The notes below the pieces were generated by a model. That model was not told the DNA's origin. It did not search any database and saw nothing but the letters and a program-made list of their open reading frames with translations. A stretch of 64,000 nt of DNA, from positions 152,956,001 through 153,020,000 of the forward strand of contig CM059432.1 of NCBI GenBank assembly GCA_030390025.1, written 5' to 3'. The position numbers were made by a program, and so were the translations under genes. Each line of letters opens with the position of its first letter. Position 1 is the stretch's first letter. This document shows positions 39,186-51,343 of the stretch, piece by piece. The stretch is from Squalus acanthias. Its lineage: Eukaryota.

Positions 39186-40777
39186 ATGGACTGTTTTACC
39201 GTGTGTGCCTAGCTCGGTTGTGTATGGATCGGTCTACAGCCGATGACAGAAATAACAATGTTCATTGGGGCATTTGTTTTTCCACGCAATGTCTTCATGT
39301 TTTGGATTTCAAAATCTGAAGGTGATTAAGACTAAATAAACGTTTTTTTCTCTCTCCAAAGAACAGTAGCGCCTGATCATAAACCATTTATTGATACATT
39401 ATGTGCCGGTTTACAGTGACGAGCCCTTGAAGCCAGAGCTAATACATGCCCGAGGATTTAGGTGGAATCCCAAATCATTTCAGATAATACCTTGCATGGA
39501 AATTTATTAGCAATGCAGTTTTCCACCAGCGGCTGACATTATCTGACCTTTTCAATCCTGTTTAAATCCCATTGCTGGGACTGTGTTGAATGGTAATTGC
39601 CAGTGCGTACGGTGGCTCCGTGTTTGTAAGCCGGGTTCGCCTGAACACGGTTACCCCAGCCCTTCACAACCAAGTCTCCTCCCGGCTCCTTTATTGTCCG
39701 GTGCTAAAAATGGAAGAAAGAAAGCATCAAACTCCCCGGGTTTGAGATCTTTAACACAAGCCCTCTAACTGGCATTTAATTCACTGGGATTTGTACATCT
39801 AGAGATTTAGGAGGGGGTTAGGTTTAGTGAACAGTGTTTATTTTCACTTTGCTATGATTAGAAGCCTTGTGGAGAGTCAGGCACGTCTATAAATAACTAC
39901 TTTAATTATTCTACATTTAACTGTTAAAAGGTCCGATCTGCTTAGGATCTCTGGTCGCCCTGAGTCTCTCTGCAGTCCATACACTGGCCAGACCTGCGCT
40001 CACAGGAGTGAGAGAGAGCGCCGGTCCCGAGCTCGAGGCTGAGGTGCTAAGTCTGCGGTTTGGTTAGATTTCCTATTAAAGTATTTCAGGAATTCCCTCC
40101 CCAATGGGTTAAATAGCTGCAGAGACGCCGAAGGACGCATACGTCGGTCTCCAACCTCCACCCACCCCCTCCTTTTGCCGGCTTTTCCTTCACACGTTTA
40201 ATTTCTGAATTGCAAAGACCAAAATCCCCCTCCCCTCCTCCTCACTCGGTCCTGACGTTGGGAGAATCCGCCTCCACCCCACACACTTCTGCACTGTCAT
40301 CTGTTCCGGTCTGACACTCCTGCCCGTCGGCTCAAACTGAGTGCTGTGGTCCCTTCCCCAAAAGTGCGAAAGGTCTTTGACTGGAGCAGTGAGTATCCGA
40401 GGCAGCTTCAGAGCGCCGAGCTTCTCCAGGCGTCAGCACCGAGAGAGAGAGAGAGAGAGAAACTTCAACCTCCCACTGTAAAGTTTGTAAAGCAGAGGGG
40501 CGAAACATATAGACAGAGGCGGTCCCAGAGAGAGCAGCTTTAACAGTAGCTGGGACCATCACATCGAAAAGATACCTATCTCATTTATTGAGTAACCTCT
40601 CCTCTCCTCGGATATCACAAGCAGCATCTCTACCACTTCCAGCAGTTGGAACAATCCCCCACACATTGTACAAAACTTCAGGCAAACTTTTTCTTTACAA
40701 AGTTTATTTTTATTTTGGGAACTTCTCTCCCATCCATTCCCTTCCTCCTCCTCCTCCTCTCGGCAGCTTTGAAGAAG

Positions 40778-41159
40778 ATGTCAGTTTGCCTGCTCGGTGG
40801 ATTATTTCTGCTGGTCGGTGGGGTTTGGGCGCGGGCTTCTCCCACCTTACCTGTTGAGGAAGGGCCGGTGTCGGACTGCCCGACCTGCTCCCTGCCCAAG
40901 CTGCAGCCGGACCTCAGCAGCGCTGACAATCAGCTGGTGGAAGCCGTGAAGAGGCACATCCTCAACATGCTGCACTTAAAGAACAGGCCCAACATCACCC
41001 ACCCGGTCCCCAAAGCCGCACTTTTAAACGCCTTGAAGAAGCTGCACGTAGGGCGGGTGCGAGAGGACGGGAGAGTGGAAATCGAAGAGCATTTGTCCAG
41101 CAGGTCGGCACTGAACGAACCCGAACAGGCTTCAGAGATCATCAGCTTCGCTGAAGCAG
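40778..41159 (+). CDS. INHBA: Inhibin/activin beta-A-like, first coding exon (signal peptide + prodomain N-part)
   Basis: MSVCLLGGLFLLVGGVWARASP signal peptide, DCPTC, VEAVKRHILNMLHL..RPNITHPVPKAALLNALKKLHVG, SEIISFAE. Phase-1 donor G|GTCAGT at 41160. Confidence 0.95.
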
Positions 41160-41399
41160 GTCAGTTAGATCAATTAAATATATATTTTGCGGATTGTATT
41201 ATGTTTTCTATTCAGATTTAAGTACTAATAATTGCATTTAAAATAGAAATAAAGTTGAATATGATTTCTACATCTGCGGAGTTATCTTTTGTCGAGTAGT
41301 CTGTGCCTCGGATGCCATTAGTACAATGAGATCAGAAAGGATACAATCTGTTCAGGAAGCAGGTTTAGGGGTCCCCAGGGCTAACAACAGTCAGGATGT

Positions 41400-41787
41400 G
41401 AAAAGAAGGTTAAGGAGAGACTTAATAGAGGTGTTTAAAATTATGATGAATTTTGATAGAGTAAATGAGGAGAAACTGTTTCCAGTGGCAGGAGGGTCGG
41501 TAACCAGAGGACACAGATTTAAGGTCATTGGTAAAAGGACCAGAGGGGAGATGAGGAGATGTTTTTATGCAGTGAGTTGTGATCTGGGATGCGCTGTCTG
41601 GAAGGGTGGTGGAAGCAGGTTCAAGAGTAACTTTCAAAAGGGAATTGATATATACTCAAAGAGGAATACTTTACAGGGCTATGGGAAAGAGTAGGGGAGT
41701 GGGACTAATTGGAGAGCTCTTTCAAAGAGCCGGCACAGGTATGATGGGCAGAATGGCCTCCTTCTGTGCTGTACCATTCTACGAATC
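41400..41787 (+). mobile_element. CR1 3' fragment in the inhba-like intron
   Basis: RRLRRDLIEVFKIM...TRGHRFKV followed by a CR1 3' UTR. Confidence 0.85.
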
Positions 41788-41960
41788 AAGCCCCGGGCCG
41801 GTGTGATAATGAAGCAGTGCATGGCCGACTGCACAGCCGCTCTTTATTTGTGTTGCAGTCGCTCTTGTAATTAAAGGAAGATACTGGTTTTATCTCTGCT
41901 TGTGACTGCCTCGGATTAACTGGTTCATATTCTGCATTCCCCTCCCTTTCTGGCTCTAAG

Positions 41961-42727
41961 GTCCGTCCCAGGATGTCGTGCACTTTCAGATCGCCAAGGA
42001 GGAAGATGGGGACCTGTCCCTGGTGGATCAGGCCAATATCTGGCTCTACCTGAAGCTCTCCAACAAGTCCAACCGAAGCAGGAGTAAAGTGACCATCAGG
42101 CTGTACCAGGAAGGAGGAGGCAGCAAGACCATCAGCGAGAAGCAGGTGGATATCAAGAGGAGCGGTTGGCATACTCTCCCGGTGTCGAGGACTGTGCAGG
42201 CAATACTGGCAACCCAGGAGAGGTCCCTGCTTCTGAAGGTTTCCTGCGACCTGTGTCGGGAGGCCGCCGTCTCCCCCGTCCTCATCGAGCCGGAGGACAG
42301 GGACGAGTCGCACCGCCCCTTCCTGATGCTGCTGGTCCGGGAATCAGATGCTCACACTCACCGGATCCGCAAGCGGGGGCTGGAGTGCGACGGGAAGGTC
42401 AACATCTGCTGCAGGAAACAGTTTTTTGTGAATTTCCGAGACATCGGCTGGAGCGACTGGATCATAGCGCCATCTGGGTACTATGGCAACTACTGCGAGG
42501 GTGAGTGTCCGAGCCACATCGCCGGGACCTCGGGCTCGTCCCTCTCCTTTCACTCGGCTGTCATCAACCATTACAGGATCAGGGGTTACAGCCCTTTCAA
42601 CAATATCAAATCGTGCTGTGTTCCCACCAAACTCAGGGCAATGTCCATGCTGTATTACGATGACGGACACAACATTGTGAAAAAGGACATCCAGAACATG
42701 ATCGTGGAGGAGTGTGGCTGTTCATAG
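41961..42727 (+). CDS. INHBA: Inhibin/activin beta-A-like, last coding exon (prodomain C-part, furin site, mature TGF-beta domain 42377-42724)
   Basis: Pyrimidine tract + TAAG acceptor at 41960, in frame with exon 1 (total 1149 nt, 382 aa). [17 protein letters not shown]...VEECGCS gives a 116-aa mature chain with 9 Cys. Orthology vs paralogy is unresolved. Confidence 0.97.
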
Positions 42728-44805
42728 ACCCTGTGAGATACACACACAGAGACTCAGACAAAGAGAGAGACCGACACATCCTACACACACACTCATACAG
42801 AGAGAGAGAGAGAGACATAGACACACACTGCACACACCAGACTTCAGACATTACCTTGTGTTGGTCTCCCCAGAGCTACAAAACAAACTCAGACTTTAGA
42901 CAAGTACACTCGAGGGTTACTATCCGGATCCACCTGGACCGAGGCCCGTGTGGCCAAGAGCTGACCTTCATCCCCTGACCCGCACTCACCCGCACTCACT
43001 CTTACACACACACACTCACAGCTGGCTTATTCTAGTGCATTTATTTCGTTTTCATCGTGACACTCTATGGCACTTTCCCAGACAACATGCACAAGATCTA
43101 ACTTCCTGTTGTTTAAACACGGGGTCGAGCTTTACCAAGGAGGTGACTGTTTTTTCTTTGCAAAACTACTTACACGTGTGTAAGGTGCCTAAGACCAGAA
43201 CTATGCAACCTAAAAAAAAGAGGCTTCCTTTGGTTTGCCTAAAAGGAGACGCTTGCTTCTATTGGAAGTAAATATTCAGTTTGTTGAAAGATACTTGAAA
43301 GGAACGCGTTCGTCCGGCTGCCGGGACAAACGTTTTTTTTTACTTTGTGACCTTTACGATTTGCACTAAAACGACATTTGCCTGTCTAACTGTATTTAAA
43401 CAGAAGTGTTTGAAAGGACAGGGGACTGCACTCAGAAGAGAACAAAACGAGTTTCTATGAAATTTTGTATCAACGGACGAACAGACACCAAAGAGATTTG
43501 TGTAAATGTTATTGTGATTTCTACAAGGATAATATTTAAAAAAACAAAAAAAATATATTAAAAAAACCACCTGTAGATGAATATGGCTCCAGTATCAGGG
43601 TTTGGATTAAACACTCAACACGTTTGATACATCAGCACATGTACATCTGGATGTCTGCAAGCACCGACGATCTGAGCTGAGTTTTAAAACCCAGACCCCA
43701 GGTGTAGTTTGCACACTGTCTGAAAGCGATTTAGCAAAAAGCACTTCTCGCGGTCTCGCTTTTTTTCTTATTTAAGAATTTGGATCAGCGTCTTAGAGAA
43801 AAAAAAAAAATCCGAACTTTTGCTTAAAATAGTCGGCCTATTTTTGTAACGACGTCGCTGAGGGCGATTAAAAAGTGTTATTAAAGAAACATATTGTTTT
43901 AGTATTTCATGTGAGAGGCTTCGTTCGCCACCATAGGTTTAATGAGGATTTCTGTCATATTTCCTGGCACCAAATGAGTCCAATGACTTCGCTGACTGTC
44001 TTTTCAAGTTAATTTTTTTAATGATGCCAGAATGTCGTGCTTTAAAGAAAGAAGTCAGCACGGTCTACCCCATTCCTACTGACTTTTCTGGGACATTAGT
44101 TTTATTGTTGAATTGGTAGAACAGGAGATTGGTCGCAGCTCAGCTGTTTTTTACTGTGCATTTGACGTGGCGTGGCTTTTGATGTTGGTGATCCGGCAGC
44201 CTTCTGATCTGAATCTCGAATAGTAACAGTTGAATGCTCAAACCTTGGTCTGTCTACCCAACATCGCCAAACACTGTTCTCTCCAGACTCTCTGCGGGAG
44301 GCAGACGGTGGGAATTCCTTGTCGTCAGACTCTGGGGGTGAGGGAGGGGTTGGGGGGGGGGGGGGATTGTTGATGAGCAACTTGGGACCAAACGGAACTG
44401 CAACCTCCAGACTGCACCGCGACCCAAACGCATTCGGGAATAACCACTCGCTCGGAGGGTGATTTAACACAAACGTTTTCAGTCACGTATTGGGCTGTGA
44501 AAGCAGAGACATTTCTAAGAGATTCAGTGTAACCTTTCTGACTCGATGCTGGTTGTTCCCTAGTCTGTAGAAAACAAGCCGACAGCGTTAAGCACCAAAA
44601 AGGAGTCGTTTTATGTGCTTCTTTGGGCTAGATGTATTTTTACACACCCCTGTACAGGACGATGAGATAATGTACATATATTTCTTGAATCTGCAAACTT
44701 TTTATCGCCTTAAAAGATACGATTTCTTTGTGTTGGTCTGGTCAAGCGTGTTTTTAGAAAAAATAAGTATGGCAATTATTTCGGTAAATCTGAACTGGCC
44801 ACTAA

Positions 44806-45017
44806 ATCATAGAATGATACAGCGTAGAAGGCGGCCATTCGGCCCATTGTGCCTGTGCTGGCTCTTTGAAAGAGCTCTCCAATTAGTCCCACACCTCCTG
44901 CTCTTTTCCCATAGCCCTGCAAAATTTTCCTTTTCAAGTATTTATCCAATTCCCTTTGGAAAGTTACTAATGAATCTGCTGCTGCCACTCTTTCGGGCAG
45001 TACATTCCAGATCATAA
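44806..45017 (-). mobile_element. CR1 3' end fragment
   Basis: IWNVLPERV...FQRELDKYLK and a CR1 tail. Confidence 0.8.
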
Positions 45018-45345
45018 CAATGAACAAATACAACCAGAGCACTGTCATCTTATAGTATTGATGTTACAGTAGCATCCTGCAACCCCCCACCCCTCACCCC
45101 CACAGGTCCCTTTTTATCCTTAGATACTGAGATGTGAAGTAGACAAGTTTGAATTTCTGTACTTATTTAGTCCTAGTTCTTGACAAGGTTGTGCACTCTG
45201 TCCGCACTGCAGTTGGACTATCACCGAGTGTCATGACATTGACTATCTGTCCATCAGTCTCCCCTCTCATTGTCAGTTTAGTCACCAGCTTGTTCAGTTG
45301 ATTTGCACAGATGGCTGTGAGTACATCATCTTTCAGCATCAGCTC

Positions 45346-45793
45346 AGGTGTCAGCTGTGGCTCATTAGCAGCATGCTTGCCTCTGAGTCATGAAGGTTGC
45401 TGGTTCAAGCCCTGCGCTATGCGACACTAAGCATGTCATCTGATGACTGACTCTTCAGTACTGAGTGAGCACTGCAATGTTGGAGGTGCTGTCCTTTGAT
45501 GTGATCTTAAATGAACTCCTCTCAGGTGGATGTAAAAGATCCCATGGCACTATTCAAAGAAGGGCACAGGAGTTCTCCCCAGTGTCCTGGCCAATATTTA
45601 TCAACCAAACCCTAAAAAAAATGTATCTGGTCATTATCTCATTGCTGTTTGTGGGACCTTGCTGTGCGCAAATTGGCCACCGTGTTTCCCTGCATTATAA
45701 CAGAGACAACACTTCAAAACAAAGTTTTGGCTGTAAAGCATTTTGGGACATCCTGAGGTCGTGAAAGGTGCTATATAAATCAAGTCTTTCTTT
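45346..45793 (+). mobile_element. Deu-domain SINE
   Basis: tRNA head, Deu core, and tail GAAAGGTGCTATATAAAT...GTCTTTCTTT. Confidence 0.8.
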
Positions 45794-45951
45794 AACTCAT
45801 GAGTTTGACGGATATTTAACATATTACTTCATCTGTTACTATATAAATGAATAACAGCATAAAAATATTACGTACATTTTAAATATATAATTATATATAT
45901 GAAAAGCAGCCATTCAATCAGGACTCCACACACACACAACTTATTCTCATA

Positions 45952-46350
45952 TAACAACAACAACTTGCATTTATATTGCACCTTTAACATAGCAAAATGT
46001 CCCAAAGTGCTTCACAGGAGTGATTATCAAACAAAATTTGACACTGAGCCACATAAGGCGACGTTACGATAGGTTGGTCAAAGAGTTAGGTTTTAAGGAG
46101 CGTCTTAAAGGAGGAGAGAGAGGTAGAGAGGCGGAAAGGTTTAGGAAGGGAATTCCAGAGCTTAGGGCCAAGGCAGTTGAAGGCACGGCCGCCAATGGTG
46201 GAGTGAAGAAAATCGGGGCGCGCAGAGATTTCGGGGGGGGGGGGGGGGGGGGTTGTAGGGCTGGAGGAGGTTACCGAGATAGGGAGGGGTGAAGCCATGG
46301 AGGGATTTGAAAAGAAGGATGAGAATTTTAAAATCGAGGCGTTGCCTTGT
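45952..46350 (-). mobile_element. L2 3' fragment
   Basis: STIGGRAFNCLGPKLWNSLP and an (AAC)n tail on the + strand. Confidence 0.85.
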
Positions 46351-47333
46351 TCATGCGGAGATCCTGTTAGCATTCCTAAATTTCATACCAACGTTGTTTT
46401 ACTAATCTATTTGCAGATGATCCTGCTGCTAAATGCACCCATGTAAACAAATTTGCCTCTCTGTTTCTCCACTTAATTCTGACACATGTTTGACTGAGAG
46501 ATGGAACAGTGCAGTTTATGGAAAACTATACAAACAGTGTTAAGCCTGACCCATGATGGAATTTGCAGTTTTATAGATTACGCTGTAGTGGGTAGGAAGT
46601 TAATTGAAAGGACTACTGTCTGTTTTGGTGCCCCCAGATAATTTGCCATTAAGTCTCCACAGGATGTTTTTAATTATATCTTACCCAGAACATTTGAAAT
46701 GTTATATTTTTTAAATAGCTTAAATGGTTCAAAGATTTTTTTTTATAATCTAGCGAATGAAATGACAATCCCTGTTTACCTCTTTTCTTAGCATCCTACT
46801 GCTGCTTTCTGCTATTACAGATGTAACACATCCTTAATTTGACAAATAGCTAAAATACCTACACTAACTGCTTTTGTTTTATTTTGATTTAAAGTGCACC
46901 TTATCTAGACCAACAATCCAAAATTGTCTTTCATTTTTCTGTGCATTTGAAATATAATGCTTCAAAGCAATGTTTGTTAGGCTAATATGATTTCAAATGT
47001 AAAATTAATTTATGCACTTATATGTGTAAACGGTATAATTTGATCATTTAATATTTATTGCATAAACAGTAAATAAATGTTTATTTTTCAGTTGCATAAA
47101 GGGATATTAACATATGTTGCAAAATAATGGATGCTGTTTGTGGAATAAAGCTGTTATCAGCACAAAAAACTGACTTAAGCACAGCCTCAGTGAAGTCAGT
47201 GCATTTCCCGCACCCAACGAAAAACAAACACACAGTTAAGATAGCCTGACTAACACCATTTGCCACAATTCAGTTAGAACTCTGATATCTATTTATTGCA
47301 GAAAATGAAGTCATTTCAATTGCACTGTGCCTA

Positions 47334-47785
47334 TGGGTGACAGACGTGGCTCAGTGGAAGCACTTATCCCTCTGGGTCAGCAGGTCATAGGTTTAAGACT
47401 CACTCCAGAGATTTGAGCACCATATCCAGGCTGGCAGTTCAGTGCAGTACTGAAGGAATGACTGTTTTTCAAATGAGATGTTAAACCGAGGCCCCGCCTG
47501 CCCTTTCAGGTGGATGTAAAAGATCCCATGGCACTTTTCGAAGAAGAGCAGGGGAGTTCTCCCCAGTGTCCTGGCCAACATTTATCCCTCAACCAACATC
47601 AATAAAACAGATTATCTGGTCATTATCTCATTGCTGTTTATAGGAGCTTGCTGTGTGAAAATTGGCTGCCGCGTTTCCTACATTACAACAGTGACTACAC
47701 TTCAAAAAGTACTTCATTGGCTGTATAGCGCTATGGGACGTCCTGAGGTCATGAAAGATGTTGTATAAATGCAAGTCTTTCTTCT
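47334..47785 (+). mobile_element. Deu-domain SINE
   Basis: tRNA head, Deu core and L2-like tail. Confidence 0.85.
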
Positions 47786-48097
47786 ACTGTTTAAGAAAGG
47801 AACCCCCTCACCCCCCATGTTATCTGAATGTGACATGAACAAAAGTGTCAGGATTATTACTGTCCAATTCACTTCAAGTGTCTAAATTATTTCAAAAGGA
47901 GAGAGTTTATAAGATGTAACTTGAATTTGATGTCTTCAGAAAGAATTAGTTTTCTGAGTACTGAATTTCCACATATTTCTATCTTTATGTAAATATCAGT
48001 GTCATCCACAATAAATAAAAAAAAACAAATTCTGTTTTTAAAACTTACGTTTGTTTCATTCTGCAGAGATGTGCCTTGGCCCAACAGTTAATTCAAA

Positions 48098-48848
48098 CAA
48101 AAACAGAAAATGCTGGAAATGCTAGACTTGACTATTCCAACACACTCCTGGCTGGCCTTCCACGTTCTACCCTGCGTAAACTTGAGGTCATCCAAAACTC
48201 GGCTGCCCATATCCTAACTCGTACCAAGTCCCGTTCACCCATCACCCCTGTGCTCGCTGACCTACATTGGCTCCCGGTTAAGCAACGTCTCGATTTCAAA
48301 ATTCTCATCCTTGTTTTCAAATCCCTCCATGGCCTTGCTCCTCCAGCACCACAACCCCCTGAGATATCTGTACTCCTCTAATTCTGGCCTCTTAAGCTTC
48401 CCTGATTATTATCGGTTAACCATTGGTGGCCATGCCTTCAGCTGCCTGGGCCCTAAGCTCTGGCATTCCCTCCCACACTTCTCCACCTCTCTTTCCTCCT
48501 TTAAGGCGCTCCTTAAAACCTAACTCTTTGACCAAGTTTTTGGTCATCTGCCCTAATTTGTCCTTCTGTGGCTCAGTGTCAAATTTTGTTTTATAACACT
48601 CCTTGGGACATTTTACTACGTTAAAGGTGCTATATAAATACAAGTTGTTGTTGTTGTTGAAATACTCAGCAGGTCAGGCAGCATCTGTGGAGAGAGAAAC
48701 AGAGTTAACGTTTCAGGTCGAAGTCACTATAATTGCCTGAAATGTTAACTCTGTTTCTCTCTCCACAGATGCTGCCTGACCTGCTGAGTATTTCCAGCAT
48801 TTTCTGTTTTTATTTCAGATTTCCAGCATCCGCAGTATTTTGCTTTTG
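48098..48848. mobile_element. Short fold-back Penelope pLTR remnant with an L2 insertion in the left arm
   Basis: Inverted arms ...GAGTTAACGTTTCAGG / CCTGAAATGTTAACTC..., extra 3' tail on the right arm, flanked by AGTTAATTCAAA / AGTTAATTAAAA. Confidence 0.75.
48121..48658 (+). mobile_element. L2 3' fragment
   Basis: RLDYSNTLLAGLP...LHWLPVKQRLDFKIL, (TTG)n tail, GAAAT on both sides. Confidence 0.9.
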
Positions 48849-50496
48849 AGTTAATTAAAATAGTCAATCCACCTCGTGTGTAAAATGATACACTGTGACG
48901 TTGTGTTGCTGAAGAGTTTCTCTCCAATAATAAACAGAATTTAAAAGTTGTGCAGGCCATGAACCGACCGGAGTTATCATTGGTCCAATTGGTGCCACAG
49001 GGATTTTAGACCCAGTTTTTCCAGATGATTCTGGGGTGAAGATGTTTGTGTATTTTTTTTGCCCATTTTCAATACCGTTGTGCATGTTTGTTGAATCATG
49101 CAAATAGTGCACTGTCCCCATCCACAGTACTCATCCTTCATTTGCATTGGTGTGAAGCACTATATCCATTCCAAGGGCAACTGCCATTGTGGGGCTGGAG
49201 CTTCTACCTTAGATAGCATGTCTGGATCATGAGGTCAAGTGTTACATCTATACCCAGGCCAATGCTGAACTATTCCTTGTATTGTGCCAAAATGCACAAG
49301 TTTATGCTTGCCTAGGAGGCAGTGAGATCGAGTTCAATGCACCTTTTAGCTTCATCTTGAGTGAACTAACCAATCAGGGATTATCCTCCTTTGGGGGAAG
49401 GTAAGTGAGGTATCTTTGGGGTCAAGGTGGCTCCAAGATGATGCATGCTGGCAATGGAAGTTCAGAACTATGCCATATATGGCAGACTTGGTCAGCTGCT
49501 AGCTGAGCCGAGAAGGTCCACAGTACTCTAGGGATGATTGATCATCCTGCCTGGCTCACTAATGGAACTTGCTGGGGTTGGGATTCTTCCCACTTAGCTC
49601 CAGATAACTCTGCAAGTCAGCCTCCTAAAGGATAGGATGGTGCTAACTAGGCAAGCTGCAAAAAGATTAACAGTGGCTCATATTGATAAGCTGGGTGTTT
49701 TTAGCTAGTTAAACCCCAGCACACTTGGGGTTCTTAAGAGTCACCAATTTCCACCCAACCTGTCTGGACTTAGGCAAGTGAGCTGTGTCCTTTCAGGTAG
49801 AGAGAGCATTCTTTGTATCGGGCAAAGAGATTTTCCAGATTTCTCAATAGTATAATTTGGAGACTCTTAAATATGTTGGTGAGCTTCCGCACATGTCAAA
49901 TATACGGCTGAAAACAAATGAATTAAAAGTATTGTTGCGAAGCAGCTGTCAAAAATGCACCATGTTCTTACACCTGTACTTAAATGCTTTTGGTTAGAAA
50001 GTGATCATGTTGCAGTAATTGTTGCACTGGCGATGAAGTGAACCCACCAAGGTAGTTACAAATGTTTGTGTGCAGTGAAGTCATATATTGCCACCCTAGG
50101 GAACTGGAACAGTATTTCCATTCTTTAAACAGCTCCACTTTTACATTCATCTTCATTAACTCATTGAGTCTCAATTACATCAGTGCTTTTCCTTTAAGGG
50201 TATTGTGTTGCACCAGCTGTCTTCATTATAGATCACAGGCCACTTACTGTTTCCACATGTGATCCCAGACTAGCAGAACTATCACTGCGCATGAAGTTAG
50301 ACCACAGATCTGGGTAATAGAGAGGAATAATGACTGACAAATGACCTATTCTGTTTGAGGGCAAATTTCTACTGCAAGTTACTGCCACTTCGTGCTAAAG
50401 TAGCAAGTTGAACTCCGGAGTCAGGATCTACCTTGGTTACGAAGCTCAGTGCTGTGAGACACCGAGGAAGAAGCATTCTCACACAGTTAGCGTCTG

Positions 50497-50870
50497 TGAT
50501 CTGATTGAGGTAGTTAAAATGTTAAAAGGATTCGATCGGGTAGATACAGAGAAACTATTTCCTCTGATGGGGGAATCAAGAACAAGGGGACATAATCTTA
50601 AAATTAGAGCTAAGCCATTTAAGAAGGAAATCAGGAAGCACTTATTCACACAAAGAGTAGTAGAAATTTGGAATTCTCTGCCCCAAAAGGCTATGGATGC
50701 TGGGACAATTGGAGCTTTCAAGACTGAGATTGATAGATTTTTGTTAAGTAAGGGTATCAAGGGATATGGATCAAAGGCAGGTAAATGAAGTTGAGATACA
50801 GATCAGCCATGATCTAACTGAAGGGTGGAGCAGGCTCGAGGGGCTGAATGACCTACTCCTGTTACTATGA
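50497..50870 (+). mobile_element. CR1 3' fragment
   Basis: DLIEVVKMLKG...TRGHNLKI...IWNSLP. Confidence 0.85.
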
Positions 50871-51343
50871 CAGTGTAACACTGGTGTGGTGTAAAACCCG
50901 ATTTAAAAAGTGTTCAGTGGTCCTTTCAAAGCTAGCTGAAGCGGATTTACATCTCTTGACCTCCTCCCCCTCACCGCCCCCCACCACCTATGTACTCTCT
51001 AAATAAGATGTAACCACTTGGGGAGATTCTCTGCACTTGTGTGAGCACACGGCCCTTTCCTGGGCAGGAGAATTGTAATTGGAGAACAGCAGTATAAATC
51101 ACGTGAATGTACTTACAAGTGCATTACAAAAATAGAAAGGTTGGTGACTTTTTAAAAATAAAATGTAATAATGTCCAAATGTCATAGGTATTTTGGGAAT
51201 TAGAAGCAGTGTGAGATGGCCCCTTGGGGGGGAAGATTCTCAAATCTTAGGGTGTTAGTACGCTTGGTGCTCTTCTCAGTTACACTGCCACTTTCACATC
51301 AAGGCCCATCCACAACCACTTTGCACTGAAGCAGAGTGACAAC

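Noticed and set aside
39434..39450. AGAGCTAATACATGCC, resembling a segment of 18S rRNA
   Set aside because: Only about 16 nt match and the flanks do not continue as rRNA.
40646..40777. N-terminal extension of the inhba-like ORF given in the ORF track
   Set aside because: It starts at a non-ATG codon and spans a splice-acceptor tract. The signal peptide begins at ATG 40778.
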